This document shows, piece after piece, positions 54,601 to 64,000 of a DNA stretch of 64,000 nt. Within the stretch, counting starts at the first letter, position 1; each line of letters begins with the position of its first letter. A model generated the notes under the pieces. The model had not been told where the DNA came from. It made no database searches and saw only the letters and a program-made list of their open reading frames with translations. Both the position numbers and the translations under genes were made by a program. Location of the stretch: assembly GCF_036971445.1 (NCBI RefSeq), contig NC_091473.1, positions 86,986,001 through 87,050,000 of the forward strand, written 5' to 3'. Origin of the DNA: Narcine bancroftii. Lineage: Eukaryota.

Positions 54601-57600
54601 AACAATAAGCATTGTGATACAAATAGAATTGTGATAATAAATAGTTTGTGGTCTAAATATGAGCTTTATTATACTGCTGGGCTCCATGCTCAGATCTTAC
54701 AGTGTTTGACCTTGGAATTAGCATTTTAAACAACTTCTATCTGACTCTGCACAGCTATTGGTGGGCATTTCAAAACTCCCGTTCTTTGTCTATATTCTAA
54801 CCCAGTGGTTCTCAATCTTTTTCTTTCCACTCACATACCACTTTAAGGAATTCCTATGCAAGAGGTGCTCTGTAATTAGTAAGGGATTCGTTAAAGTGGT
54901 ATGTGAGTGGGGGAAAAAGGTTGAGAACCCCTGCTCTAGAACTAATTGTTGTTGAAATATTTTGCTTGAGAAAAATTGTCATTGACTCATTTCCTTTAGA
55001 GTTATGAAACCGTGCACATAACAAGTCAATTAGGTACAATTAAAACAGTGATTTTCAAACTTTTTCTTTCCGCTCACATACTACTTTAAGTAATCCCTTA
55101 CTAATCACAGAACACCTATGCATAGGGATTACTTAAGGTGGTGTGTGAGTGGAAAGAAAACGTTTGAGAACCACTGCACTAACTCCTCCCATTCACTTAT
55201 TGACTCCATAACTTAGGTTTATCCCTATGGTAGCCCTGGTTTTACTTTATCAAAGGTATCCCAGCAACCCCCTCCCCCCATCCTCCTTGCAGTTTTATAA
55301 ACTTCTTTTGTCTTCACCCTAGTTCTGACGAAGGGTCTATGACCTGCAGAATATTTGCAGCATTTTCTGCTTGTATTTTTTTTTTAACTTTCAGTGAAAG
55401 CTGGGCATTGATTACCCATTTAAATGTCATTTAGAAGACATGGCGCCACTAAAACATCAGTCTAACTTTAAAACATTCGATGACACAAAGATTCGTCACC
55501 CTCTTAAAAGAGAGTAGGATTACGACTTCATGTGAACTTGACTTAAATTCTGCTCCTTGCTTGAAGTCTCAGCTGTTCAAATCAAAGATCCTTTCTCCCA
55601 CAGTATTTTTCTTTATTAATCCAAACTCCAAACTTCGTTATGGATCGAATGGAAATACTCTGCTTGGGGGATGAGAGGGAGGGTGAGAATCATTGTGCCA
55701 ATCAAAATATTTTGGCTCCATCACCATCACAGAAACTGCTCCTGGTCAGTCTGTCAACTCCCTTCCTCACCAGAGTGCTAGTATTGCTTTAGCTAGATCC
55801 TTCCAATCCATCCTGAAATATTTGGCAAAGCACCTGCAGGGTACTCCTCCATGCTAGGGATACATGTCAACTTGATGAGCAACCCAGACAGGTTCAAACA
55901 TTTCTCAATGAATGCAAGTGTAAGCTTGCATAATGCAAACCGTCTGCATGTTGTTTTTTTTTCCCCATTTACTGTTAAATGTTCTTATCCAAGATTTTGG
56001 ACATGTTAGCCAGCCTTAGGAAACAGGTTGGAATTAATATACAGATGATGCCAAAATGCAGAAAATCATTGTGTAAATTTGTGGGCATTGCCCAGGAAAC
56101 AACCACAATGTGCAGCATTCCAGGACCCACGTGCAAGGTGAACAATACCTCCTCTGCCCACTGGACTGCTAATCCAACTTAAAGCTTCCGACAGTTCAAG
56201 AAGCATCTTAGGGTTTGATTCCTGATCCTCAACTGCTATCATCTAAATCTTGTGCACCAGAAAGACCAGCTAAGAGCTTACATCATGTTGATGCCTCATG
56301 AACCCCAAAATGTGCATGAAGTGAGTATTTTTCTTTTAGGATCAATCCCTTATTGTACAATCTACCAAGACTGATTTTCTCTCTGTTTCTGCCATGGGTG
56401 TCCTTTTTTCCCCATACTCTCTATTTTTTGAACTGGCCAGCTTGGCATGAGTGAACATATACTTTAAATTTACTCCTGGTGAAATGCAGACCCCTCTACC
56501 TGCCCGGGGAATTCTCGGCCATGCTGATTGCCGCAGTCTAAATTCCACCTTCAGCTAATGAGGCTGAAGCCATGAAGGAGCTTTATGGTGCCATCTGCAT
56601 AGCCTAGACTTCCTACCCTGATGGTGCCATGATTGTTGTTGATGACTTCAATCACACCAACCTGAAAAATTTTTTACCACGGTTTCAACAGTAGCCCCTT
56701 TTCTACTGGGATTCCAGATAATTGGCTGGGCAGTGATCTGGGGTAGGAAGCCCTTTGTGCCATTTCCACTGGGCCACTGTTAACTGGGACAGTAATTGCT
56801 TTTCCACTGAACACCCTCATCTCCGGGGATCAGAGTGTTCTACCTTCAACTGGAAACAGGTGACTTTCTGCTGTCCCTTTTCCATTGGTTTTATTAGCAA
56901 ATGCCAAGGCTATGAGTAGGGGTAGAGGTGGTTAATCCCCAGCATGAATTGATGTCATTTGACATCAACGTTCGGACAGTGTACCTTTTCCACTGGACCC
57001 TGTCAAAGTAAATTCCTGGGATGGGGTGCCAGTGGAAAAGGAGCTAGAATGTGAACTTCACCACCAAAGAGAACACCCTGAATCAGGTCTACATCAACGT
57101 CCTTGGTGCATACAAGGATGAACCTCGTCCCCACCTTGGTTACTCAAATCACATGTCTGTCCTGCTAACCCCAGCACGAGGACCGCTGGCAAAGCAAACT
57201 AGGTTAGTTCGCAGGGAGATCAGGACGTGGCCTGGGAGGTGAGGGTGGTCATAGCAGTGCTGCAGAACTGCCTTGAGACCAGTGCCAGTGACTGTAGCTG
57301 TTTCAGGGAGGCAGCTACCTACATTGGTCATAGAAACATAGAGGAGTACATGAGCTCAGTGACTAGCTACATCAGTAAGTGCATTGAGGATGTCACTGAG
57401 ATAAAATGCTTCATGACCAGGGATAACCAGAAACCATGGTTGGTTGTAGAGATCTGGGCCCTTCTCAGAGATCGTGATGCTGCCTTCAGGACAGGGGATA
57501 GTATGGCACTAATGTCAGCCAGGGCTGAACTCTCCCATGCATTCCAGAAGGCAAAGGAGGGTATCCACAGAAGATCCACAGGCAGCTGTGGGATACTGGC

Positions 57601-60337
57601 GCACAAGGCACATGTAGCAAGGGATCTAGACTATTACAAATCACAAGTCAACCTTGCAAATCAAGAACAATGACTCCTTCCTTCCGGACACACTTAACAC
57701 CTTCTATACACGATGTGATGATAAGAGCAGGATGATACCAAAGAAAGCTCCATGCTCCCCTGGTGAAGGGGGCCCCGCATAACCAGAGCTGAGGTGAGGA
57801 GTACCCTATCCAAGATGAACCCACACGAGGCGGCGGGAACAGACAACATACCTGGTCAGATACTGAAGGACTGCGCAAACCAACTGACAGAGGTCTTCAC
57901 AGACATCTTCAACACTTCACTGCAGAAGTCCACCATTTCCACAGGGTTCAAGACAGCCAACATCATCCAGGTACCCAAGAAGGCAACAATAACAGGTCTC
58001 AATGACTAACTCCTTGTGGCCCTGATGTCCACCATTATGAAATGCTTCAAGCAACTGGTGATGGAATGCATCAAAGCACATCTGCCAGAGACGCTGGATC
58101 TATTTCAATTCACCTATAGAAGAAACCATTCCACAGACGATGCTATAGCCTCATTGCTTCAATCTGTCCTGGCCCTCTTGGAGAATGACACCTCATATGC
58201 CAGGCTGCTCCTTGACTTCAACTTGGCATTTAATACAATAATTCCCCAAAGGCTGGTGGAGAAGCTGTCATCACTGGGACTCAACACCCCTCTCTGTAAC
58301 TGGATCCTGGACTTCCGAATGGAAAAAACAGTTTGTCCGGGTTGGTAGCAGGGTACTGAGCACCATCACACTGAGCCCTGGCACACCTCAGGGCAGTGTG
58401 CTCAGCCATGCCTGTTCACACCACTGATCCATGTTTGCATCACCAGATCCAGTTCCAACAATGTCATCACATTTATAGATAACAATAGATGGCCTCATCA
58501 GTAACAACAATGGGTCGCACTACTGAGAAGGGGTGGAAAATGGTGAGAGAGTAACAACCTGAGTCTCAATGTGGTCAAGATTAAGGAAATGATCTTGGAC
58601 TTCAGGAGGACCAGAAATGACCTCCCTCCACTACACATCAATAATTCTGTAGTTGAGAGTGTGGAGAGCACCAAGTTTCTTGGAGTTCACTTAATTAGTG
58701 ACCTATTATGGACACTCTACTGACTCAGTGTCAGATCACTCATTGGAGAGCTACTGGTACCATGTAACCCAGTACTACCTGTTGCATGGTCGAGTGGTTG
58801 GCAACTAAACTTGCACCCCGACCAGGCTTGCCTGGTGCAGAGGGTGGGTAGACACCCTGCAAGATGAAAAACAAGACCTGTCAAAGAGCAGATGAACCCT
58901 CTCGTAGGGTCAATGGCCATCTAGCAAACACGTGCTGTGAAGCACAGAAACGGCATCCCTTGTATCAAAGCTCGGTCTGGCCATTCACTGTAACAGAACT
59001 TCCCCAGCCGTCTTGGACCTCACCATGCCACTGGATCCAGCAGAGGATGTCGAGAGGGTGGGTCTGGAACTGTGCAACCCCTACTCACTTAAATCCATTC
59101 ACACACATACTGTTCCTTTCTGAGGAGTAGGGATCGTCATATCAAACTCTGCAGACTGAAAGGAACCATCATCCTATGGGATGGATAGCCAGGTGATGAT
59201 GAATGTGGACTCTCAACATATCCTTACCAGGCTTGCCAGGTATAGAAGATTACACTTCCTGAGAAGACTGAAGCTGGCAAGGCTACCGGCTACCATTATG
59301 TCAGCCTTCCACAGGAGCTCTATTGAGAGCGTCCTGGCCGGCTTTATCACAGTGTGGTACGATTGCAGCAGAGAAATGGATTGGAGGTTAATCCACAGAG
59401 TGGCAGAGAGGATCACCGGAGTGTCTCTTCCCCCCCGACCCCCCACCACCACCCACCCCACCACAATGATATGATCTCCCAGGATTATTATTTGAAGAGG
59501 GTGCACAAAATCATTGAGGACCCCTTCCACCCTTCACACAGCATCTTTCAGCTGCTCCCATCAAGAAAGAGGTAGAGGAGTATCAGAGCCAGCACCACCA
59601 GGCTGGGGAAGAGCTTCTTCCCATAGGCAGTGAAAATGGTGAACGATCACACTGCTCACACTGACCATCCAAGACTCTCATTTGTACAAAACAAATTTAT
59701 TTATATATTTTTATAGATATAATACTTATCCTGCATATGCTTTATTTGTCTGGTTGCGTGTCTGCATGTTTTGCACCGAGGACCAGATTGGATTCGTCAG
59801 GTTGTACTTGTACAATCAGATGACAATAAACTTGACTTACCTGACAAGCACTCAGCTTGTACCTTAGGCCCAGCTGATTGTAGTCAATCAACTGATTACC
59901 CCTCAGTAGATTAAATGCTTCTGTGAAATCCCTCAAAGCCTCTTCATACCTGAGCACAAAATTTGGTGCAATATAAATAAAACAAAATAACCAGAAGATA
60001 TTACACAAGTGTATTATGACTTCCATCAACAGACATTGGTTTGCAAGTTCTGACGAACATACAGTACAAATGCCAAAACAGACAAAAATAAAATCAATAC
60101 TTCAAGTCTCACATTCATACAGCTTTTAAAATGTAATTGATAAAGTGAAGTCAGACTTCCCCAAATAGCCTACCACAGAAATCTCTGGGTGCCTACTGAT
60201 TTCACTTCAAAATGTATCAAATCAATTCCAAGATAATGTAGGAAAGCAACTTACTTTTCATTTTTGTATAAGGTATTCCCTCGTTGAAAAAAAGCCACTG
60301 CCAAATGCTCATCCCTGCAGATACTCTTGTCAAATGC
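12576..60337 (-). CDS. NCF2: NCF2 / p67phox, spliced and 5'-partial: join of the 14 exons listed below (1308 nt, 435 aa plus stop); TPR - activation domain - SH3 - PB1 - SH3
   Basis: All exon phases join into one open frame. Motifs seen: [13 protein letters not shown], LGxAxVVAS, two SH3 domains, and PB1 with the conserved Lys (IVKIHFK). Exon sizes 83/109/135/108/60/44/142/76/152 match human NCF2 as recalled. SMG7 synteny and the PB1 lysine favour NCF2 over NOXA1. Confidence 0.93.
14585..15856 (-). mobile_element. tRNA-derived V-SINE/HE1-like SINE split by an RTE insertion
   Basis: Halves at 14585-14722 and 15770-15856 match sibling copies at about 16280-16505, 17200-17370, 24095-24265, 32525-32771 and 61765-61985 (+). 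Confidence 0.75.
14723..15668 (-). mobile_element. RTE-clade LINE, 5'-truncated, young, with an intact 292-codon RT C-terminal frame
   Basis: ORF 14780-15658 has [27 protein letters not shown] and [10 protein letters not shown]; (GAA)n tail at about 14723; CpG-rich. Confidence 0.9.
15960..18362 (+). mobile_element. Decayed CR1 LINE carrying two SINE insertions
   Basis: Endonuclease motif VMGDFNFP at about 16025, RT remnants, 3' tail tatgttctatg; SINEs at about 16280-16505 and 17200-17370. Confidence 0.78.
18470..18554 (-). CDS. NCF2: NCF2 exon (SH3-B): [28 protein letters not shown]
   Basis: TAG acceptor, GTGAGA donor, 85 nt; ALYDY and LSFQEGDII motifs. Confidence 0.9.
19188..19649. mobile_element. 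Tc1/mariner-type MITE with nested inverted repeats
   Basis: TIR agtacaactccaattatccaaaat / attttggataattggagttgtact, TA flanks, and an internal tgtgacatc/gatgtcaca inverted pair. Confidence 0.8.
20802..20916 (-). CDS. NCF2: NCF2 exon (PB1, C-half): [38 protein letters not shown]
   Basis: CAG acceptor, GTAAGT donor, 115 nt. Confidence 0.92.
21682..21833 (-). CDS. NCF2: NCF2 exon (PB1, N-half): [51 protein letters not shown]
   Basis: TAG acceptor, GTACGT donor, 152 nt. Confidence 0.92.
22826..23502 (+). mobile_element. hAT (Charlie/Buster-like) internal-deletion derivative
   Basis: TIR tgtcaaactc / gagtttgacacccctg; 8-bp TSD ctctaaga/cactaaga; transposase N-terminal remnant [21 protein letters not shown] at about 23094. 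Confidence 0.85.
24498..24547 (-). CDS. NCF2: NCF2 exon (linker): [17 protein letters not shown]
   Basis: Strong TTGTTTTTTTCAG acceptor, GTAAAA donor, 50 nt. Phase 1 to 0 restores the frame. Little sequence homology, so the call rests on splice sites and phase. Confidence 0.72.
25509..25584 (-). CDS. NCF2: NCF2 exon (linker): [25 protein letters not shown]
   Basis: TAG acceptor, GTGAGG donor, 76 nt; DIPAPP motif. Confidence 0.88.
25862..30030 (-). mobile_element. Near full-span decayed CR1 LINE (ORF1 esterase-like, endonuclease, RT)
   Basis: VVISGLLP (28546-28749), [10 protein letters not shown] (28095-28298), [19 protein letters not shown] (26450-26779); interrupted at 29109-29885. Confidence 0.85.
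29109..29885. mobile_element. Tc1/mariner-type non-autonomous element inside the CR1
   Basis: TA-caggcat...tataac at the left end and gttata...atgcctg-TA at the right end. Confidence 0.6.
30342..30389 (-). CDS. NCF2: NCF2 exon (end of SH3-A): [16 protein letters not shown]
   Basis: TAG acceptor, GTAAAG donor, 48 nt; GLVPxNYLE motif. Confidence 0.9.
30983..31573. mobile_element. Tigger/pogo-like MITE containing a C/T-rich minisatellite (about 31070-31425)
   Basis: TA-ccgtaaatattcg / cgaacatttacag-TA termini; repeated gtcgcgctgccatctctccccc-like units. Confidence 0.75.
33872..34013 (-). CDS. NCF2: NCF2 exon (SH3-A): [47 protein letters not shown]
   Basis: CAG acceptor, 142 nt, non-canonical GCAAGT donor; DNWATVMFN motif. 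Confidence 0.92.
34767..34810 (-). CDS. NCF2: NCF2 exon (proline-rich region): [15 protein letters not shown]
   Basis: CAG acceptor, GTAAGT donor, 44 nt; phase 0 to 2 as both neighbours require. Confidence 0.85.
35435..36463. mobile_element. Solo LTR, copy 2 (longer)
   Basis: TGTGACA...CGTAACA termini; flanks aact/gact; same family as 6648-7576. Confidence 0.75.
36750..39775 (+). mobile_element. Decayed CR1 with a nested CR1 3' fragment (about 36927-37470) and a MITE (about 38563-38785)
   Basis: [16 protein letters not shown] and KFAD motifs; two separate CR1-type 3' tails. Confidence 0.72.
41521..41580 (-). CDS. NCF2: NCF2 exon (activation domain): [20 protein letters not shown]
   Basis: TAG acceptor, GTATGT donor, 60 nt; FSGFAPLQP motif. 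Confidence 0.94.
42223..46812 (-). mobile_element. Gypsy LTR retrotransposon, CsRn1-like, decayed
   Basis: 5' LTR 46450-46812 (tgtag...ctaca) and truncated 3' LTR 42223 to about 42570; PBS TGGTGACCCC (tRNA-Trp type); gag [18 protein letters not shown]; RNase H and integrase remnants ([11 protein letters not shown]); flanks atag/atac. Confidence 0.88.
43104..43277 (+). mobile_element. Short L1/Tx1 3'-end insertion with poly(A), inside the Gypsy integrase
   Basis: 18-bp TSD aaggttactttaaggtgt (43086-43103) / aaggttaccttaaggtgt (43278-43295); matches the 3'UTR of the L1 at about 62570-62760. Confidence 0.85.
47358..52116 (-). mobile_element. Full-length young Gypsy LTR retrotransposon (Mag/SURL-like)
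   Basis: LTRs 47358-47535 and 51940-52116 differ by one T in a homopolymer; perfect 5-bp TSD caggt; PBS TGGCGACGAGGATG (tRNA-Ser type); PPT AAAGGAGGGA. Confidence 0.96.
47712..51809 (-). pseudogene. Single gag-pol polyprotein of the Mag-like Gypsy (CCHC knuckles, protease, RT, RNase H, integrase) with three lesions
   Basis: 1045-aa ORF with [28 protein letters not shown] and HHCC motifs. Lesions: 1-nt deletion near 48739, an extra T near 48270, and TGA at 47919-47921. The frame continues to [17 protein letters not shown] at 47712. Confidence 0.9.
52777..52884 (-). CDS. NCF2: NCF2 exon: [36 protein letters not shown]
   Basis: CAG acceptor, GTAATG donor, 108 nt; PVGKxFRP motif. Confidence 0.93.
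54398..54532 (-). CDS. NCF2: NCF2 exon (TPR4): [45 protein letters not shown]
   Basis: CAG acceptor, GTATTG donor, 135 nt. Confidence 0.92.
54803..55176. mobile_element. Composite fold-back: two inverted hAT MITEs (54803-54933, 55046-55176) flanking a 112-bp spacer
   Basis: Each arm has its own cagtggttctcaa-type TIRs and the arm interiors are reverse complements; outer flanks ttctaacc/cactaact. Confidence 0.85.
56692..57046. mobile_element. Non-autonomous DNA transposon inside Rex1
   Basis: TIR tagccccttttctactgg / ccagtggaaaaggagcta; repeated internal tttccactg motifs; superfamily uncertain. Confidence 0.7.
58718..59205 (+). mobile_element. Non-coding retroposon with a (TGA)n tail inside Rex1
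   Basis: Interrupts the Rex1 RT; TSD tggacactc/tggactctc; tail gtgatgatgaa. Confidence 0.6.
59841..59949 (-). CDS. NCF2: NCF2 exon (TPR, Rac-binding insertion): [36 protein letters not shown]
   Basis: CAG acceptor, GTAAGT donor, 109 nt; RGNQLIDY motif. Confidence 0.95.
60255..60337 (-). CDS. NCF2: NCF2 exon (TPR): [28 protein letters not shown]
   Basis: CAG acceptor, GTAAGT donor, 83 nt. Confidence 0.93.
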
Positions 60338-60799
60338 CTGGAGAATAAGGAGTGCAGATTAATCCTCCTCTCCCATTAAAGCACCCTACAACTCATTGCT
60401 GCTTTAAGGTACACTACTGTTTCAAGATGGCATTACTAAACTACTTAATTATCATTCTATTTAACCCACAACCAGTAAAAATTGTCTTCCAATAATATTA
60501 ACAAAAAAATTCATTTTCAGTAGAAACATGGAAAATAGTAGAAGCCATTTAAGCCTTTAAGCTTGCACCACCATTCAATATGATCATCTCTGATCATATC
60601 ACTTAAAAACTTTATCCTCATTCTGACTGTTCCCTTTGATCCAGATTGCCCATAGGGCAGCATCCAACTCCACTTTGAAAAGATCTAATGAACTAGCCTC
60701 ATCAACTTTCTGTGGCAGAGAGTTCCACACTTGCTAGCAAACTTACGGGAATCAAAAACATATGAAGAGTGCTAAAGAAAGTGGACAGCAGGTTTTGAG

Positions 60800-61755
60800 A
60801 AAAAACACAGAAATACTGGAGGAACTCAGTGGTCTCACATCATCTTCCCCTCTCAGATTTTCTCCCTCCCCGCTAATCATCCCTTTGGCACCTATCCCTA
60901 TGACCACAAGAGATGCTCCACTTGCACCCACACCTCCTCCCTCACCACCAATCGGGGTCTCAAAGAGTCCTTCCAAGTGAAGTAACACTTCGCTTGTGAA
61001 TCTGCAGGAATTATCTTCTGCATCTGGTGTTCTCGTTGTGGTCTCCTTTACATCGGAGAGACTGGGCGCAGACTGGGAAATTGCTTCATTGAGCATCTCA
61101 AATTAGAGGCCATCTGCAAATTAGAGAGACAACACCTCATCTTCCATCTGGGCACCACCCCCCCCCCAACCAATGACATCAACATCTTCTTCTCCAGTTT
61201 CTGTTAAAACCACCCTTCTCTCTCTTCTTCCTCCCTTCCCAACACCTTCTTCTTTCCCCTGCTCCTTTCCTCTAATAAAGATACATAACCAATGTTTTGG
61301 ACTTGAGCCCAAATTGTTGCTCATCTTTGTTATATACCTGCTGAATTTCTCCAGCATTGTGTTTTTACTTCAATCAGTGTCTACAGACTTTTTTGTTTAA
61401 ATTCTTTCTTCAAGTTCTGTCTCTCTCTCTCTCCCTCTCTCTCTTCCCTCTTCCCACTATCTCCTTTCACAGAGCCAAAATCAATTCTCACCTTTCATCA
61501 TATCCAATTAACATCTTTTGGCTGTTGGTCTGAACTTCTCCCCCTCTTATTCTTCCTCCTTTCTCTCCCCAGTCTTTAATTCAGATCCATGCCTGTTTTT
61601 TTTTTGCCTATACCTTGAAGGGGTCAGGCTCAAAATAGCAATAATACATCTTTACCTCCTATGAATGCTGCGAGACCGGCTCAGTTCCTCGGTATTTCTG
61701 TGGGTTTTTTTTTAACTCCAATCACAGCATCTGCTGACTTTCAGATTTCACAACA
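60800..61755 (+). mobile_element. Penelope-like element remnant (GIY-YIG endonuclease plus terminal repeats)
   Basis: About 60990-61080 reads CESAGIIFCIWCSRCGLLYIGETGRRLG. Confidence 0.75.
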
Positions 61756-62569
61756 GGCTTTGAGCAGCACCGTTAGAGTGGTAGTTGGCACTAGTTTATT
61801 ACAGTGCAACCAACCTGGACTCTAATCGATGCTGCCTCTATGTTCTCCCCATGACCTGCATGGGTTTTCTCCAGGTGCTCCACTTTCCTCCCACCCTCCA
61901 AAATGCCCAGCATTGGTGGACTAATTCAGTGAAGTAAAGCTACACTGGTTTCGTGGGCTGGAATGTCCTTCAACTACGCTGTATCATTAAATGATTATTT
62001 TACATTAAACATTTTCTGCTTGAACATGGTAATTGCCAAGTGATGTTTGCCTGATAAATGAGTAAATATTTCCCTCACTTGCAAGCTCAAACTTGCCATT
62101 GGCAATGTTCTAAAGATCAGCCTTTTGGCTAAGACCTTTTATCAACCTTGAGATGATTGGATCCCCAAGGACCTGTTCATACAAGGAGAAAGAGGACACC
62201 TGTGGCTGCAAGAACTTCTGAGGATGTGCAAGTTGAACAGCTGATGCAGGGGCAGATCCATGCTGATTGGAGGACCAATCTAAAACCTCTTTCCAGCATT
62301 AAGTCCACCACCAACAGTCTTACAAGGGTGGACAGGGAAAGCTCTTCTGTAGGCCAAGGCATCCATTACACTGTCAGGGTGACAGTAAAGGATGCGAAGA
62401 AGGGGAATCCTTTCAACCAGGACCTCTATCATTAAGAAAGTTCTGGAGAGCTGCAAGTTTGAGACAAATAACATCTACTGCCCAAGTAATGATCACTGAT
62501 GTCATCCAGCAGAATAGCAGAAGATGATCCAAGACGTCTATGAGAGGAGAAACAAGGCTCCACTCTCAC

Positions 62570-64000
62570 TTTTTTTATATAATTTTTATTTTTCACACTG
62601 GGAACCATATCAACCAAAATACATACAAACATTTGCCTCTTAAATATACACAGTGCCATTTTCTCCCCTTTTTTCCCCCCTACCTTCTCACCCCCCCTCC
62701 CCCTCCATTTAACATATCCAATTAACATCCAATTCAACATATACAATACAATAAAATCATTAAACAATGTCATCAAACAATGAAAAATAAACAAGAAAAA
62801 TGTGTCATCTACTTTTACACACTGGATCAAGTCATTTTCTCTTCTTATCATTTTAGGGGGGATGAGCCCTCTCTGTTAGTTTCCATGTATAGTTCCCAAA
62901 TTTGTTCAAATAATGTGAATTAATTTTTTAAATTATGTTATTTTTTCCAATGGAATACATTTATTCATTTCCATGTACCATTGCTATACTCTCAGGCTCT
63001 CTTCCAATTTCCAAGTTAACATTATACATTTTTTTGCTACAGCTAAGGTTATCATAATTAATCGTTTTTGTGTTTCATCCAGTTTGAGGCCTAATTCTTT
63101 ACTTCTTATATTACTTAGAAGAAAGATCTCTGGATTTTTTGGTATGTTGCTTTTTGTGATTTTATTTAATATCTGATTTAGTTCTTCCCAAAACTTTTTC
63201 ACTTTCTCACATACCCAAATTGCATGTACTGTTGATCCCATTTCCTACTTACAGCAAAAGTATCTATTTGATAATGTTGGATCCAATTTTTTTTAACTTT
63301 TGGGGCATGATATATAACCTGTGTAACCAATTATACTGTATCATGCGTAACCAGAACATAACTTTTCCCATATTTCATTTTTTATCTTTATGTTTAAATC
63401 CTTTTTCCACTTTTGTTTAGGTTTATAGCTTATTTCATCATTTTCGTTCACTTGCAGCTTGATGTACATGTTCGTTATAAATCTTTTAATTATCATTGTG
63501 TCTGTGAGGGGAATAATGGACATCCCTATCAACGTTAGCAGTAATTCTTTCCAATATTCTAAGTCTTCCTGCAATTTCTTTATTAGTGTCTGATAATTTA
63601 ATTTGTACAAGTGGCTTAAATTATTATCTAACCTAATACCTAGGTATCAGATTGCTTGTGTTTGCCATTTAAATGGTGATTCTTTTTTAAATTCTGTATA
63701 ATCTGCATTACTCATTGGCATCACTTCACTTTTCTTTGCGTTAATCTTTCTCCATACTCCTTCAATTTCTTATGTAGTTCTTTTATTGATATTCCTGGTA
63801 CTGTTAAGTATACTATGATGTCATCTGCAAATAAACTGATTTTATACTCCTCTTTTATTTTTATCCCTTTTATTTTATTTTCTGTTCTTCTCAGTTCTGC
63901 CAATGGTTCTATTGCTAAAGCGAACAGTGAGGGAAATAATGGACATCCCTGCCTAGTTGACCTACTTAATTTAAATTGGTTCGATACATATCCATTTACT
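62570..64000 (-). mobile_element. L1/Tx1-type LINE 3' part, running off the window
   Basis: RQGCPL and KISLFADDIIVYL RT motifs; C-terminal HAIWVCEKV; G-rich 3'UTR and A-rich tail. Confidence 0.88.

Larger units (their letters stand above)
56474..59836 (+). mobile_element. Rex1/Babar LINE (endonuclease plus RT), decayed, with nested insertions
   Basis: KCRPLYLP and IPP..DFNH endonuclease motifs; [24 protein letters not shown] and RLHFLRRL; 3' end caataaacttgac. Confidence 0.88.

Noticed and set aside
12576-60337. NOXA1 as the gene identity
   Set aside because: SMG7 adjacency, the retained PB1 lysine and NCF2-like exon sizes favour NCF2; a phylogeny would settle it.
1-64000. Prokaryotic systems (CRISPR array, operon, defence island)
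   Set aside because: Spliced vertebrate genes and vertebrate retroelements dominate; no regularly spaced repeat-spacer array or dense ORF packing is seen.
60338-64000. NCF2 first coding exon and promoter
   Set aside because: No TPR1-like coding sequence found; the region is mostly CR1, Penelope, SINE and L1 remnants.

Overview
This is eukaryotic vertebrate DNA, not prokaryotic. The repeat content (CR1/HER1-type LINEs, V-SINE/HE1-type SINEs, Rex1, Penelope) suggests a cartilaginous fish; this is inference. Two convergent protein-coding genes are present. On + is the last coding exon and 3'UTR of SMG7 (3183-3290). On - are 14 coding exons of NCF2/p67phox (60337 down to 12576), which I reconstructed by hand into one continuous frame of 435 codons plus stop; the first coding exon was not found and is presumably beyond base 64000. 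SMG7-NCF2 adjacency matches the known human arrangement. The rest is intron or intergenic DNA packed with nested transposons, including a very young full-length Mag-type Gypsy, an older CsRn1-type Gypsy, solo LTRs, CR1, RTE, Rex1, L1/Tx1, Penelope, SINEs and hAT/Tc1 MITEs. Nearly all short ORFs in the supplied track are spurious or transposon-derived. I see no new multi-gene system. The most unusual signals are: a Rex1 LINE whose 3' tail supplies part of an NCF2 splice donor; a 100-bp inverted copy of nearby DNA captured at an RTE junction; a composite fold-back made of two inverted MITEs; a sense-oriented young LTR element in the intron that splits the activation domain; a GC-AG intron; and an apparently missing PB1-SH3 linker. 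Comparisons with human sequences are from memory and need alignment.
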